Shown here: piece after piece, positions 20,460 through 29,274 of the stretch
How positions within the stretch are numbered: the stretch's first letter is position 1
How the letters are laid out: each line of letters opens with the position of its first letter
Source of the DNA: an uncultured virus (IMG/VR IMGVR_UViG_3300034656_000069)
Taxonomy: Duplodnaviria > Heunggongvirae > Uroviricota > Caudoviricetes
DNA: 64,000 nucleotides
IMG/VR virus record: IMGVR_UViG_3300034656_000069
Reading direction: 5' to 3' (one strand)
Made by a program: the position numbers and the translations under genes
Notes under the pieces: generated by a model
What the model saw: only the letters and a program-made list of their open reading frames with translations
Database searches by the model: none
Told to the model about the DNA's origin: nothing

Positions 20460-20606
20460 TCACCACTCGATGCGCCCCAAAGCGGGCGATAACGCTTGTT
20501 CTTGCTGCCTTCTTGGTCGTGCTGGCAGGCACCACCATAGAAAACGTCTTAGGCTTCCTGCCTTCCAAAACGGTCACGCGGAACACCCGGTTAACCGCTT
20601 GGGTAG

Positions 20607-21032
20607 TCACAGCCCTAGCACCTGCTCAACATGCAAACGGGCCTTAGCCAACCGCCGCTTGTACGTTCTCACCCCCATTTCTAACGCGTGGGCCTTCTGC
20701 AGCTGCCCTATATTGCGGTGGTCATAGCCGCGCAGCTTGCGGCGGCTCACCACCCGCGCCACGCCCGCGTTGTACTCCAAGCGCAACACGTCGGCGGTCA
20801 ACAGATCCTCACGCGCCAGCGATACCACCGCATACTCGATGCGCTCTTCGAGCGGGTACGACTCCGCGCCCATGGGGACCGACCCGCCCACGGTCGAACG
20901 GCTCACTACCCCGCCGTTATCGATCAACACGCCCAGCAGCGACGTGCCCAGCGCAGCACCGCCACCGTGCAGGCACCAGCGCGCCCAGCGCTCTAACAGA
21001 TCATCCAGATCATTTGCCGCCCGACGCCCCAC
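20607..21032 (-). CDS. Antitermination protein Q-like
   Basis: LLERWARW start, IEYAV..L, C-terminal HTH; upstream of the late genes. Confidence 0.7.
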   Translation of the reverse strand: MGRRAANDLDDLLERWARWCLHGGGAALGTSLLGVLIDNGGVVSRSTVGGSVPMGAESYPLEERIEYAVVSLAREDLLTADVLRLEYNAGVARVVSRRKLRGYDHRNIGQLQKAHALEMGVRTYKRRLAKARLHVEQVLGL

Positions 21033-21034
21033 CG

Positions 21035-21367
21035 CTACGCCTCCACAATCGTCAGCGGGTACAGCTCCTCGACCTGCCGCTTTTTCAGCTTGTACATATC
21101 TGTGCGCACGCCTTTAACGTCGATCCACTCCACCGAGCCATCAGCGCGGAACACCACAAAATCAACGATGTATTTCACCCCACCCGGCAGGGCGATAGGC
21201 GCTTGCATCAGAAACATGGTCACGCGGTCGGCCTGCTGCTCGCTCAGCAGGTACAGGTAGTAATTCGCCTCTTTTTTCGAGTCGAACGTATGGCCGTGAA
21301 TGGTCACTTTCTTGTTGTTGTACTTAGCCGCATTGGGCGCACGGCGGCGCATATTATGCCGTTGCAT
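21035..21367 (-). CDS. DUF1064-family putative endonuclease
   Basis: KYNNKK..FDSKKEA.YY, YIVDF, IDVKG. Confidence 0.85.
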   Translation of the reverse strand: MQRHNMRRRAPNAAKYNNKKVTIHGHTFDSKKEANYYLYLLSEQQADRVTMFLMQAPIALPGGVKYIVDFVVFRADGSVEWIDVKGVRTDMYKLKKRQVEELYPLTIVEA

Positions 21368-21593
21368 TGCGCGCCCCCAGCCAATCGTTAAACCTCTCCA
21401 CCAGCGCCAGGTATTCGCGCCCGGCCTGCTCGTTTCCGTCTAATTCACGGCGGCTCAGCACCCCACACGCCAGCCGCACCTCTGCCGCTGCCGTGGCGGC
21501 ATCGGGCACAATGCGCCCGGTGGTAGCCGTGAGATAGTCACGAAATAGCGGGTTATTGCACAGCATCGCCGCGCCTTTTGCGTAACGGCTCAC
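21354..21593 (-). CDS. Hypothetical phage protein
   Basis: Coupled ORF; LC.NP.F and CGV.SRRELD motifs. Confidence 0.65.
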   Translation of the reverse strand: MSRYAKGAAMLCNNPLFRDYLTATTGRIVPDAATAAAEVRLACGVLSRRELDGNEQAGREYLALVERFNDWLGARNATA

Positions 21594-22000
21594 GCCACAC
21601 CCCGCTTAGCCCACAGCTCAGACAGCGCCGCCTCACCATCGATAAAATGGCGGTGGCCGTCTTTGGTGGCGGTGGCCAGCAGATCCCCGCGCACAATGGG
21701 CACCTCGTCGCTGGGCACGCCTTCCACATGCACCACGTGCCCGCCCAGCTTGCGGATGCGGTCGGCCTCTACCCGATGCACCACGTGGGCCACCACTAGG
21801 CACTCCGCGCCCTTGGCCGGGGTCGCGCTAATCATCCCCTCAAGGCGCTGCATGCGGCGGGCCACTTCGGTATGAGAGCCAAAGCGCTGCGCGGGCGCAT
21901 CGGTGTAGACCGACACGGTACAAATCTGCGCATCACGCATTGCCCGCGCCACGCGCTCGCGGGCCGTCGCGTTAGCGCCAGCAATTCCAATCAATAGCAT
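21590..22000 (-). CDS. Degenerate nucleotide-kinase-like protein
   Basis: MLLIGIAG start and EADRIRKLGG.VVHV; Walker A lysine missing. Confidence 0.5.
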   Translation of the reverse strand: MLLIGIAGANATARERVARAMRDAQICTVSVYTDAPAQRFGSHTEVARRMQRLEGMISATPAKGAECLVVAHVVHRVEADRIRKLGGHVVHVEGVPSDEVPIVRGDLLATATKDGHRHFIDGEAALSELWAKRGVA

Positions 22001-22557
22001 TCGACGGCCTCTCTGAGTCGTTGGGCGCGGTGCGCCTGCAAAATGTCGTGCAACACGGTCACCGTGGCCGCATCGCCTTGGCCTAGCGCCGCCTCGACTG
22101 CCGCGCTCATATCCCCCACGGTCACGCGGGAAACGCACCAGCGGGCGAAATAGCGCAGGTTATCGGGGTGGTTCGCCACGTGGGGCGGGTAAGCCAGATC
22201 ATTGATAAACCACGCCGCCCACTGCTCGGCGCGGTGATAAAGGGTGTCATCGGTGGGTGCCTGGACAGGGTCTGCGCGTTCAAGCGTCGGGCAATGCACC
22301 GTCAGCGCTTCGCCATCGTCTTCAACGATCAGCAAGCCCTGCTCCTGATAGAACGCCATAAACTCACGGGCGCTATCGTCGTCGGCCTGCATCAAATCGC
22401 CCCACGCCACATAGGTTTTTTGTACCGGCCCGGCAGCGGCGGCTAGGGTTTCCAGCACTAGCAAATAGCGGGCATAGCCAATCAACCCATACTCAGCCGA
22501 CACGGTGGCCACGCCCTCGCTGTGCGCAAGCCCGGCGGGGTGAACAAACGCGCTCAC
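21991..22557 (-). CDS. Hypothetical protein, possibly replication-related
   Basis: Coupled to cro; YGLIGYARYLLVLE. Confidence 0.5.
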   Translation of the reverse strand: MSAFVHPAGLAHSEGVATVSAEYGLIGYARYLLVLETLAAAAGPVQKTYVAWGDLMQADDDSAREFMAFYQEQGLLIVEDDGEALTVHCPTLERADPVQAPTDDTLYHRAEQWAAWFINDLAYPPHVANHPDNLRYFARWCVSRVTVGDMSAAVEAALGQGDAATVTVLHDILQAHRAQRLREAVECY

Positions 22558-22778
22558 GCCGCCACCCCGTCGCGCTCAGCCAGCACCGCCGCCCAAGGGC
22601 CATAGATGCCGTTATAATCCACCGCGCCAGCGGTCAACCGCACGATGCGCCCAGCGGTGCGTAAACTCGGGGCACGATCAAAGCGATACCAGCTCATCAC
22701 CGTACGGGGCTTCTCGCTGAGCAGCGCGCCCGCACAGTCCGGCCCGCCCACTTGATCAATCCAATCATTTAGCAACAC
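22554..22778 (-). CDS. cro: Cro-like regulator
   Basis: Small HTH (GGP..AGALL.EKPRTVMSWYR..RAP) divergent from cI; GTG start at 22778. Confidence 0.7.
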   Translation of the reverse strand: MLLNDWIDQVGGPDCAGALLSEKPRTVMSWYRFDRAPSLRTAGRIVRLTAGAVDYNGIYGPWAAVLAERDGVAA

Positions 22779-22791
22779 TTTAGCGCACCAT

Positions 22792-22874
22792 TTAACACGA
22801 AGTGTGTTAAGCCTAGCGCGAAGATTGCCCACGTACAAAGGTTTTTTTATTCCACACTTACACGCTTTGTGTAT
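22792..22874. promoter_or_regulatory. Two operators between cro and cI
   Basis: TTAACAC-GAAGT-GTGTTAA (22792-22810) and TTACAC-GCTTT-GTGTAT (22858-22874). Confidence 0.75.
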
Positions 22875-22969
22875 TACTATTGCCTAAGAGGTAATATTTA
22901 CCCGAAAATTAATCACCGAAGGCGCACACGGACGGCATCAACGGCGGGATAGATAACGGGAAGCGGAAA

Positions 22970-23623
22970 ATGTCACAGCAAAGCGACAGACAGGACAAAA
23001 AAGAGCTAATCGCACAGCGACTAGTGGAAGTGCGCACCCACTTAGGGTGGTCGATCCGCGACGCAGTCGAAGCGCTCGGCTACGTGCGCTCTCGTTATAC
23101 CAACTGGGAGCTAGGCATTCGCATGCCCGGCTATCAAGAATTGGAAGACATCGGCAACGTAACTGGCTGCAACCCCGGCTATTTTGTCGGCTGGACAAAC
23201 CGCATGATCGACAGCAGCTACGTCGTGCTAGACCGCACCACGGTTAAAACCCGTGGCGGCTCGATCACCGTGCAAAACGCCACCGATGTAGCCGCCTACC
23301 GCGACGACTACCTAGCCGAAAAAGGGCTAAAGCCCAGCAGTATTATCACCGTCAAAGCCGAAGATGACGCCATGGAAGGGGTTATCAGCAAGGGCGATTT
23401 AGCGCTAATCGACATGAGCCGCAAGCCCGATGCCGTGCGCGACCTGTTCGCCATCCTCGTAGGCGACCGCATTTGGCTGCGCTGGATACGCCCGGAAATC
23501 AACGGCAGCTACACCATGAGCGCCGAAAACAGCCACCAATACCCGGATGAAACCCTCACCACCGAGCAGCTACAACAGCTCAACATCATCGGACGCGTCG
23601 CCATCATCGAGCACGAACGCTAA
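22970..23623 (+). CDS. cI: CI-like repressor, XRE HTH plus degenerate S24 domain
   Basis: RL.E.R..LGWS....A..LG..RSRYTNWELG.R.P; C-terminal DDAM and WLRWI where GDSM and xKR are expected. Confidence 0.85.
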   Translation: MSQQSDRQDKKELIAQRLVEVRTHLGWSIRDAVEALGYVRSRYTNWELGIRMPGYQELEDIGNVTGCNPGYFVGWTNRMIDSSYVVLDRTTVKTRGGSITVQNATDVAAYRDDYLAEKGLKPSSIITVKAEDDAMEGVISKGDLALIDMSRKPDAVRDLFAILVGDRIWLRWIRPEINGSYTMSAENSHQYPDETLTTEQLQQLNIIGRVAIIEHER

Positions 23624-23656
23624 CCCCCGCCCAGCGGAAAAACACCCCACTCCTAG

Positions 23657-23684
23657 AACGGCACCCACAAAGTGCCGTTTTTTT
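23657..23684 (+). terminator. Intrinsic terminator after cI
   Basis: AACGGCAC-CCACAAA-GTGCCGTT followed by a T run. Confidence 0.8.
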
Positions 23685-23695
23685 GGCTTGCCGAA

Positions 23696-23732
23696 TAACA
23701 CAATTAGTGTCACTCTTACACAGACTGTGTAA
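23696..23732. promoter_or_regulatory. Two operators in front of the early plus-strand operon
   Basis: TAACAC-AATTA-GTGTCA and TTACAC-AGACT-GTGTAA. Confidence 0.75.
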
Positions 23733-23749
23733 TCAAGAGGGTTTCACTA

Positions 23750-24007
23750 ATGACCACGCCAGCGCTAGCCACCGTTACCGCCTCGCCCCCCATCGCCTGC
23801 ACGCCACAAGCGCTGCACCAAGCCTTGCGCGAAAGCGTGGCTATCGCCTGCGGCCTCGAAAAAATGGCCCAATGCGCGCTAGATGAAGGCGAGTACCCAG
23901 CGGAAGAACTCGACAACCTTTTTGCTCTCATTAACCGCCACCGCCGCGATTTAGAAGAGATCAAGGCCGCGCTGGCCGAACTCGCCACGGGTGGCCGCTA
24001 TGACTAA
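23750..24007 (+). CDS. Hypothetical early protein
   Basis: First ORF after the operators, GAGG RBS. Confidence 0.6.
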   Translation: MTTPALATVTASPPIACTPQALHQALRESVAIACGLEKMAQCALDEGEYPAEELDNLFALINRHRRDLEEIKAALAELATGGRYD

Positions 24008-24401
24008 CACCACCCCATGGCGCGACGACGACGCCCTAACCCAGCCCGGCCAAGCGCTCAGCACCCAAGAGCTAGCCCACCTCAAGGCGCTAGCCAACGG
24101 CAACGCCCCCAGCGCCATCACCGCCATGAACGGCACCAGCCGCGCCCAACAGCAGCAGCTAGAAAGCAGCCTGCGGGCCAAGCTCGGCGCGTTCAGCAAA
24201 GCGCACATCATCACCCGCGCGTTCGTGCTGGGCGTGCTGCTGCCTCGCTGCCTCACCGTGCTACTGATCGTCGCCACACTCGGCAATGGAGCCCAACAAG
24301 ATGCCATCGCCCAGCGCCTACCCCGCCGCCCCACGCAAACCGCCAGCGCCCGCCTAATGCGTACTCAGCGGGGCAGTAGCGCAGGGGGTCGCCGCACATG
24401 A
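24000..24401 (+). CDS. LuxR-type HTH protein
   Basis: LSTQE...L..LANG ... LRAKLGA.SKAHIITRAF.LG. Confidence 0.65.
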   Translation: MTNTTPWRDDDALTQPGQALSTQELAHLKALANGNAPSAITAMNGTSRAQQQQLESSLRAKLGAFSKAHIITRAFVLGVLLPRCLTVLLIVATLGNGAQQDAIAQRLPRRPTQTASARLMRTQRGSSAGGRRT

Positions 24402-24700
24402 AACCGCACATCCTCACAGGCCCGCGCCGCAGGCACTGCCGCTGCCGCGTCTGTCGCGGGCGGCAAGTGAAAGCGAAACACCCGGACGACTACCAGCGCC
24501 GCATCCGCTGCAAACACTGCGGCCAATTCAACACGCTGGCAGTAGACAAATGGGCCGATAACCGGGGCTGGCGAAAGTACACATGCTACTGCGACGGCTA
24601 CCACTTCCCGCACCGCATCCGCTCGGAATTCTGTTTTGAAAACCCACACTACGGCGACCACGAAGAGCGCCGGTTAACCGCTTACGGGGTAATGGCATGA
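24398..24700 (+). CDS. Cys/His-rich hypothetical protein
   Basis: CRVC, CKHC, CYCDGYHFPHR. Confidence 0.65.
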   Translation: MKPHILTGPRRRHCRCRVCRGRQVKAKHPDDYQRRIRCKHCGQFNTLAVDKWADNRGWRKYTCYCDGYHFPHRIRSEFCFENPHYGDHEERRLTAYGVMA

Positions 24701-25212
24701 AAATTATGGCGACCGACCTACCACTAAGCCACTGGCAGCGCATTGCCGAACAAAACGGCATTCAGCGCAGAACGTTTCTCTATCGCCTGAAAACCATGGA
24801 CGCGAAAAAAGCCGCCACCAAACCACTCAAAAAAGGCGGCATAAAGCCAATCGCCACCAGCAAGCGCCAAAAAAGCCTAGCCGCCGGGCTAGATGAATGC
24901 GCCCTAAGCCGCTACCGCCGCGAACACCCCGAAAGCCAGCTAAGCGATGAAGACGCCCTCGCCTTTCTGCAGGCGCGCAAAGCCAAACTGCAAAACACCC
25001 TACGCGAACGCGCCCTTGCAGCAGGGCTAAGCCCCCAGCTGGTGTATCACCGCATTAGCCGCAACTGGCCGCTAGATAAAGCGCTCAACACCCCGGTAAT
25101 GCCCACTAGCCAAGCCGCCCGCCTAGGTGGCAAAGCCCGCGCCCAGCAAAAGCGCGAACGCCGCCAGCAGCGGCTCCAGCAAGCAGCGTTAAAAAACGCT
25201 AGCACGCAATAA
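24697..25212 (+). CDS. Hypothetical DNA-binding protein with repeated HTH-like units
   Basis: AEQNGI...TF.YRL and ALAAGLS..LVYHRI.RNW.L.KALNTP. Confidence 0.6.
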   Translation: MKIMATDLPLSHWQRIAEQNGIQRRTFLYRLKTMDAKKAATKPLKKGGIKPIATSKRQKSLAAGLDECALSRYRREHPESQLSDEDALAFLQARKAKLQNTLRERALAAGLSPQLVYHRISRNWPLDKALNTPVMPTSQAARLGGKARAQQKRERRQQRLQQAALKNASTQ

Positions 25213-25215
25213 CGC
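25186..25215 (+). repeat. 30-bp element, variant A
   Basis: GCGTTAAAAAACGCTAGCACGCAATAACGC. Confidence 0.85.
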
Positions 25216-25243
25216 AAACAAAACCGACACAGGAAGCCCCGCC

Positions 25244-26413
25244 ATGTGGTTTACCAACATCACCGTTTACCAGCTCCACAACGCCCAAGCGATCGACAGC
25301 ATAACGCTGCATGAAACGCTGCAAGCAGAAGCCGCCAAGCCGTTAGGCAATACCGACGCCAAGCGCCTTGGCTGGACACCCCCAGCAGGTCGCGCCAGCA
25401 ACGCCTATTTACATGAAAGCCAAGGCCACCGCCTGCTCAGCATGCTCAAACAGCAACGCATGCTGCCACCCAAAGTGGTGAAAGCAGCGGTAGAGGAAAA
25501 GGCAGCGGAGGTCGAAGCCAACGAAGGCCGCAAGGTCACGCGCAAAGAAAAAACCGCCTTCAAAGAACAGATCACCGAGGAGCTGCTACCCCGCGCCTTT
25601 ATCGATAGCGTCAAAATCGACGCATGGTGGGACGTAGAAAAAAACCGCATCATCATCAACAGCGGCAGCCGCGCCCGCTGCGAAGAGCTGTTAGACCTGC
25701 TACGCGAAACCCTCGGCAGCCTCAAAGCCACCCCGCTCAGCACCCAAACGCTACCCATCCGCGCCATGACCACCTGGGTAGGCGACGCCAGTCACCGCCC
25801 CGCCAACCTCCAGCTCGGCGACAAAGCCACGCTCAAAGCCAAAGGCGACGACGGTAAAATAGCCGCCACGCAAGTGGATCTCGACAGCGACGAAATACAG
25901 CAGCTACTCGAAAGCGGGCGCCAAGCCACCAACCTCGCCATTACCATCGACGAACGCGTGAGCGGCGTACTCACCGACACCCTGCAGCTCAAAAGCCTCC
26001 GATTTAGCGACCAGCTCATCGAGCAAGCCGACATGACCGAAACAAAGAGCGACGACGGCGACGACGCCATCGCCCGGCTGGAAAGCGACTTTTTCCTCAT
26101 GGCCCACGCCCTAAGCGACACGCTGGATAGCCTCGTTCACATGCTGGGCGGTGAAACCGTACGTGAAGTAGCAGCAGAAAAAGGCACACGCCCCGACGAC
26201 AGCCACCCCGGCGAACAGATCGGCGGCTTTGAAAAAGAAGAGCCGTTATTGAAAGAGGCCATCGAGCTAGTGAAGCGCTCCCCGCGTGACAAGCTCACGG
26301 TTTCCAAGCTCCAGCGTCATTTCAAAATTGGTTACAACCGCGCCGCATGGATGCAAGCCTACCTGATCCAAAACGGCCACATCCCCGACCACTACGCGCA
26401 GCTAACCCCATGA
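25244..26413 (+). CDS. rdgC: Recombination-associated protein RdgC with C-terminal FtsK-gamma-like domain
   Basis: MWFTN..VY, GW.PP, ELLPRAF, LLRETLGSL; C-terminal VSKLQRHFKIGYNRAA. Confidence 0.9.
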   Translation: MWFTNITVYQLHNAQAIDSITLHETLQAEAAKPLGNTDAKRLGWTPPAGRASNAYLHESQGHRLLSMLKQQRMLPPKVVKAAVEEKAAEVEANEGRKVTRKEKTAFKEQITEELLPRAFIDSVKIDAWWDVEKNRIIINSGSRARCEELLDLLRETLGSLKATPLSTQTLPIRAMTTWVGDASHRPANLQLGDKATLKAKGDDGKIAATQVDLDSDEIQQLLESGRQATNLAITIDERVSGVLTDTLQLKSLRFSDQLIEQADMTETKSDDGDDAIARLESDFFLMAHALSDTLDSLVHMLGGETVREVAAEKGTRPDDSHPGEQIGGFEKEEPLLKEAIELVKRSPRDKLTVSKLQRHFKIGYNRAAWMQAYLIQNGHIPDHYAQLTP

Positions 26414-26562
26414 ACACCGCCACCCTCTACCGCTGCTACAACCCCAAATGCAACCAGGGCAACACCCCCGGCTGGATGCTAGGCGCTAACCCCATTTGCC
26501 CCAAGTGCGGCCACTGGCTCACGCGCCAGCCCAACGATAACGCCAGCGTTAAAAAACGCTAG
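26410..26562 (+). CDS. Small zinc-ribbon protein
   Basis: CYNPKC ... CPKCG; ATGA overlap with the rdgC stop. Confidence 0.5.
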   Translation: MNTATLYRCYNPKCNQGNTPGWMLGANPICPKCGHWLTRQPNDNASVKKR

Positions 26563-26575
26563 CACGCTATAACGC
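26546..26575 (+). repeat. 30-bp element, variant A
   Basis: GCGTTAAAAAACGCTAGCACGCTATAACGC. Confidence 0.85.
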
Positions 26576-26595
26576 AACCAACAGGAGCGCACCCA

Positions 26596-27054
26596 ATGAA
26601 TTACGACGCATGGCGAATCACCTTCCAATCCAGCGAACAGGCCGCGCAAGCGGCCTATGCCCAGCTGCAGCAGGCCCAAGAAGAGCGCGACGCGCTAGCG
26701 GCTGATTTGGAGACAATTATTTCGCAAGCACGATCATTATACGGCGATGTACTAGGAGCATTTGATGCTGATAGCCGTTGCGATGAAGAAGACAAAGCGA
26801 CCTGCGAATTCAATGCTTTTGAGTCTGCCACTCAGATGCGGGCGCTATTGATGAACCTAACGCCCAACACCAACCTAGCCCGCCGTGACAACTACAAAAC
26901 CGCCCTAGGCTGGGAAGACTCAGCGAACACACTTGAGCTTATGGAATGCCCCAAAGGTGCGCGCTACTTCCGCGAATCCGCAGCCAAGCACCTGAGATAT
27001 AAAGCGGGCAAATTGCGCAAACAAGCAGAAGCCAATCAGGATCGCCAGCAATGA
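26596..27054 (+). CDS. Hypothetical early protein (Ea22/Ead-like region)
   Basis: AGGAG RBS; coiled-coil ERDALAA. Confidence 0.55.
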   Translation: MNYDAWRITFQSSEQAAQAAYAQLQQAQEERDALAADLETIISQARSLYGDVLGAFDADSRCDEEDKATCEFNAFESATQMRALLMNLTPNTNLARRDNYKTALGWEDSANTLELMECPKGARYFRESAAKHLRYKAGKLRKQAEANQDRQQ

Positions 27055-27407
27055 GAATCGACCACCACTACGCCCGCGAAAAACTAACGCTGCTGCTACG
27101 TGACTTAGACAGCTATAACGGTGATGAATTTTGGCGGCAAATGAGCCGCATAGCCCACGGGGCCACCGACCACCCAAGCGCCGAAGCCCTACTGCTAGAA
27201 CGCGACGCGCTGGCGGCTGATCGTGCGGATCTCATCAAAGAGCTAGTGCCCTGCCAGAACGTACTCCACCAGCTAGCACACCTAGGGCAATGCACCCCGC
27301 AATATGCCAACGATGCCCGCGACGTACTGCAGCGCGTGACAGGCGGCAACCCGCCCATGTTTGACGACCGCCGGACAAAAGAGGCCACCCCATGCCCACC
27401 CCGCTAA
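27051..27407 (+). CDS. Hypothetical early protein
   Basis: ATGA coupling; ERDALAA. Confidence 0.55.
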   Translation: MRIDHHYAREKLTLLLRDLDSYNGDEFWRQMSRIAHGATDHPSAEALLLERDALAADRADLIKELVPCQNVLHQLAHLGQCTPQYANDARDVLQRVTGGNPPMFDDRRTKEATPCPPR

Positions 27408-27519
27408 TGCTACTGATCGGGCTAGCCGCTGCCGCCATCGCCTACGCCGGGTGGCAGTGCAAATGCGAAATAGAACAGCTCGACCAGAACGGCGACCCTA
27501 TCGACCAGGACGAACAACT

Positions 27520-28020
27520 ATGATCATCGACCAACCCACCATCAACACCCTACGCAGGCTGGCTGAACAAACGGCAGAGCTAGAACAGCACGCAGGCGTA
27601 GAACCCGCCACGCTGCTCGCCCTGCTGGCAGGCTATGAAGAACGCGACAAGTTAGCGGCGCACGTAGCGCGCTGCACTAGATTTTTAGAAGATATGCATA
27701 TAATGCCAACAGACTGGACAATAAAAGAGAGTGTTAATCTAAAAACAGCCGCACCCGCCGCCAGCCTAGAAGAACGCGACCAACTAAAGCACTGCGAAGG
27801 CATGAAAACGGCTGCCAAATTAATATCCGATAAAGCTAAAGCCTATCACGAAGAACATGGAAGAACTGACCCCGAAACCGGACATTGTGACTACCCCGGC
27901 GACGGTGACGATTATTACAATGAAATGATGGAATTAGCCGAAGAAATTCAAGAACAAGCAGAAAAACTCCCATACTACAGCCTGCTGGCTGGTGGTGGAT
28001 CTTCTGGGGGTGGCCATTGA
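27520..28020 (+). CDS. Ead/Ea22-like protein
   Basis: LRRLAE..., PATLLALL...EERD.L. Confidence 0.5.
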   Translation: MIIDQPTINTLRRLAEQTAELEQHAGVEPATLLALLAGYEERDKLAAHVARCTRFLEDMHIMPTDWTIKESVNLKTAAPAASLEERDQLKHCEGMKTAAKLISDKAKAYHEEHGRTDPETGHCDYPGDGDDYYNEMMELAEEIQEQAEKLPYYSLLAGGGSSGGGH

Positions 28021-28045
28021 CGCCTGCACGCCCTAGCACTACGCT
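28017..28045 (+). promoter_or_regulatory. Sigma70-type promoter of the c4/antirepressor locus
   Basis: TTGACG-17 bp-TACGCT. Confidence 0.6.
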
Positions 28046-28156
28046 GCCCCTGTCGCTGCAAAATCAGCGACCGGGTTTGGAAGCCCGAACGGATATTGGC
28101 GCACTAGCGCCCCCTTTCATCGTGTAGGCGCTATTTTTGTGCCCGCATGATGCACT

Positions 28157-28239
28157 ATGGCGGGCCGTGCGTGGGGTGCTTCGGCGCGCCGGGTTTCCAA
28201 TGTCCTCGGTCTTCCAACCCGCGTACGGTTCGCCTCCAT
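28157..28239 (+). ncRNA. c4/CI-type antisense RNA
   Basis: Outer stem GGCGGGCCGTGCG.GGG / CCCGCGTACGGTTCGCC with inner hairpins; internal CTTCCAA is complementary to TTGGAAG at 28077 and 28243. Confidence 0.7.
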
Positions 28240-28288
28240 TGTTTGGAAGCAATGTGGCGAACTCCAAAAGACTTGGAGATCCACTAAA

Positions 28289-29071
28289 ATGAACACCCCC
28301 ACCATTTCAGTTTCTGGCGTTCAGCTACCCTATATCGAGCACCAGCAACAACCCGTCGTCACTTTCACAATGATAGACACAGCGCATGGCCGCCCAAGCG
28401 GTACAGCAAGAAAGCGCTTTAACGACAACAAGCGCCATTTTGTTGAAGGCGAAGACTACTATCCTATTGATTCTGATAGATTGTCCGAAATTCGGACAAT
28501 CTACCCCGGCCTGTTTCCCGACGCCATGAAGCGCGTAACGTTCTTCACCGAAACCGGCTACCTTATGCTGGTCAAATCGTTTACCGACGACCTCGCATGG
28601 CAAGTACAGCGCCAGCTCGTCAAAAGCTATTTCCGCGTCAAAGGCGCGATGCAGCCCACCACCGCCGAGCCCATCCCCACGCCCATCAACCACCAGCAGC
28701 GCGAACAGCTCACCAACACCGCCAACGCCGTGTTTCGCAATTTCCACGGCATGCGCCAAAGCGCCACCGGCTGGTTTTACAACGGCGTACGCACCGACTA
28801 CTGCCTAAAACGCATCGAGGATCTAAGCCAGGACGACTTCCCGGCGGTGATGGAACGCCTCCAAGCCCTACGCCCCAAGGTGCGCCAATACGAAGACTTC
28901 CGCTACGACTTCCAACAGTCGTTTTTAAAAGAGGTGGTAGGCGAAGGCCAGCCCTACACCGCATGGATCAGCAAGCTAGCCGGTGGCCAGCACCACATCG
29001 GCCAGCGCCCCAACTGGAAAGCCATCGCCAAGCAGGTATTGATCCACAACGGCTTGCTCACCAAACAGTAA
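28289..29071 (+). CDS. ORF6N-domain antirepressor-like protein
   Basis: VVTF..ID..H.RP.GTARKRFNDNK.HF.EGEDY, TETGYLMLVKSFTDDLAWQVQR.LV..YF. Confidence 0.85.
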   Translation: MNTPTISVSGVQLPYIEHQQQPVVTFTMIDTAHGRPSGTARKRFNDNKRHFVEGEDYYPIDSDRLSEIRTIYPGLFPDAMKRVTFFTETGYLMLVKSFTDDLAWQVQRQLVKSYFRVKGAMQPTTAEPIPTPINHQQREQLTNTANAVFRNFHGMRQSATGWFYNGVRTDYCLKRIEDLSQDDFPAVMERLQALRPKVRQYEDFRYDFQQSFLKEVVGEGQPYTAWISKLAGGQHHIGQRPNWKAIAKQVLIHNGLLTKQ

Positions 29072-29093
29072 GCCCACCCGCGCCAGCCCACCC

Positions 29094-29118
29094 AAGCCCG
29101 CCACCGTGCGGGCTTTTT
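29094..29118 (+). terminator. Intrinsic terminator
   Basis: AAGCCCGC-CACCGT-GCGGGCTTTTT. Confidence 0.8.
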
Positions 29119-29133
29119 GCTGCCTGAACGCCT

Positions 29134-29227
29134 GCGTTATAAAACGCTAGCGTTTTAGCGTTTTATCTTGCACCCCTAGCAGCGCTTTTCTATACTAGCG
29201 TTATTGCGTGCTAGCGTTATTTAACGC
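29134..29227 (+). promoter_or_regulatory. parA promoter flanked by two GCGTTA repeat clusters (operator/centromere)
   Basis: TTGCAC(29168)-17 bp-TATACT(29191); variant B at 29134-29165; inverted variant A at 29198-29227. Confidence 0.75.
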
Positions 29228-29274
29228 TGTAACGCCAGCGCGCAAAACCGCAACGATTAACTAAGGGGACACCA

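Noticed and set aside
28157..28288. In-frame N-terminal extension of the ORF6N gene
   Set aside because: Coincides with the c4-like RNA; ATG 28289 has the better RBS, although an icd-like leader peptide is not excluded
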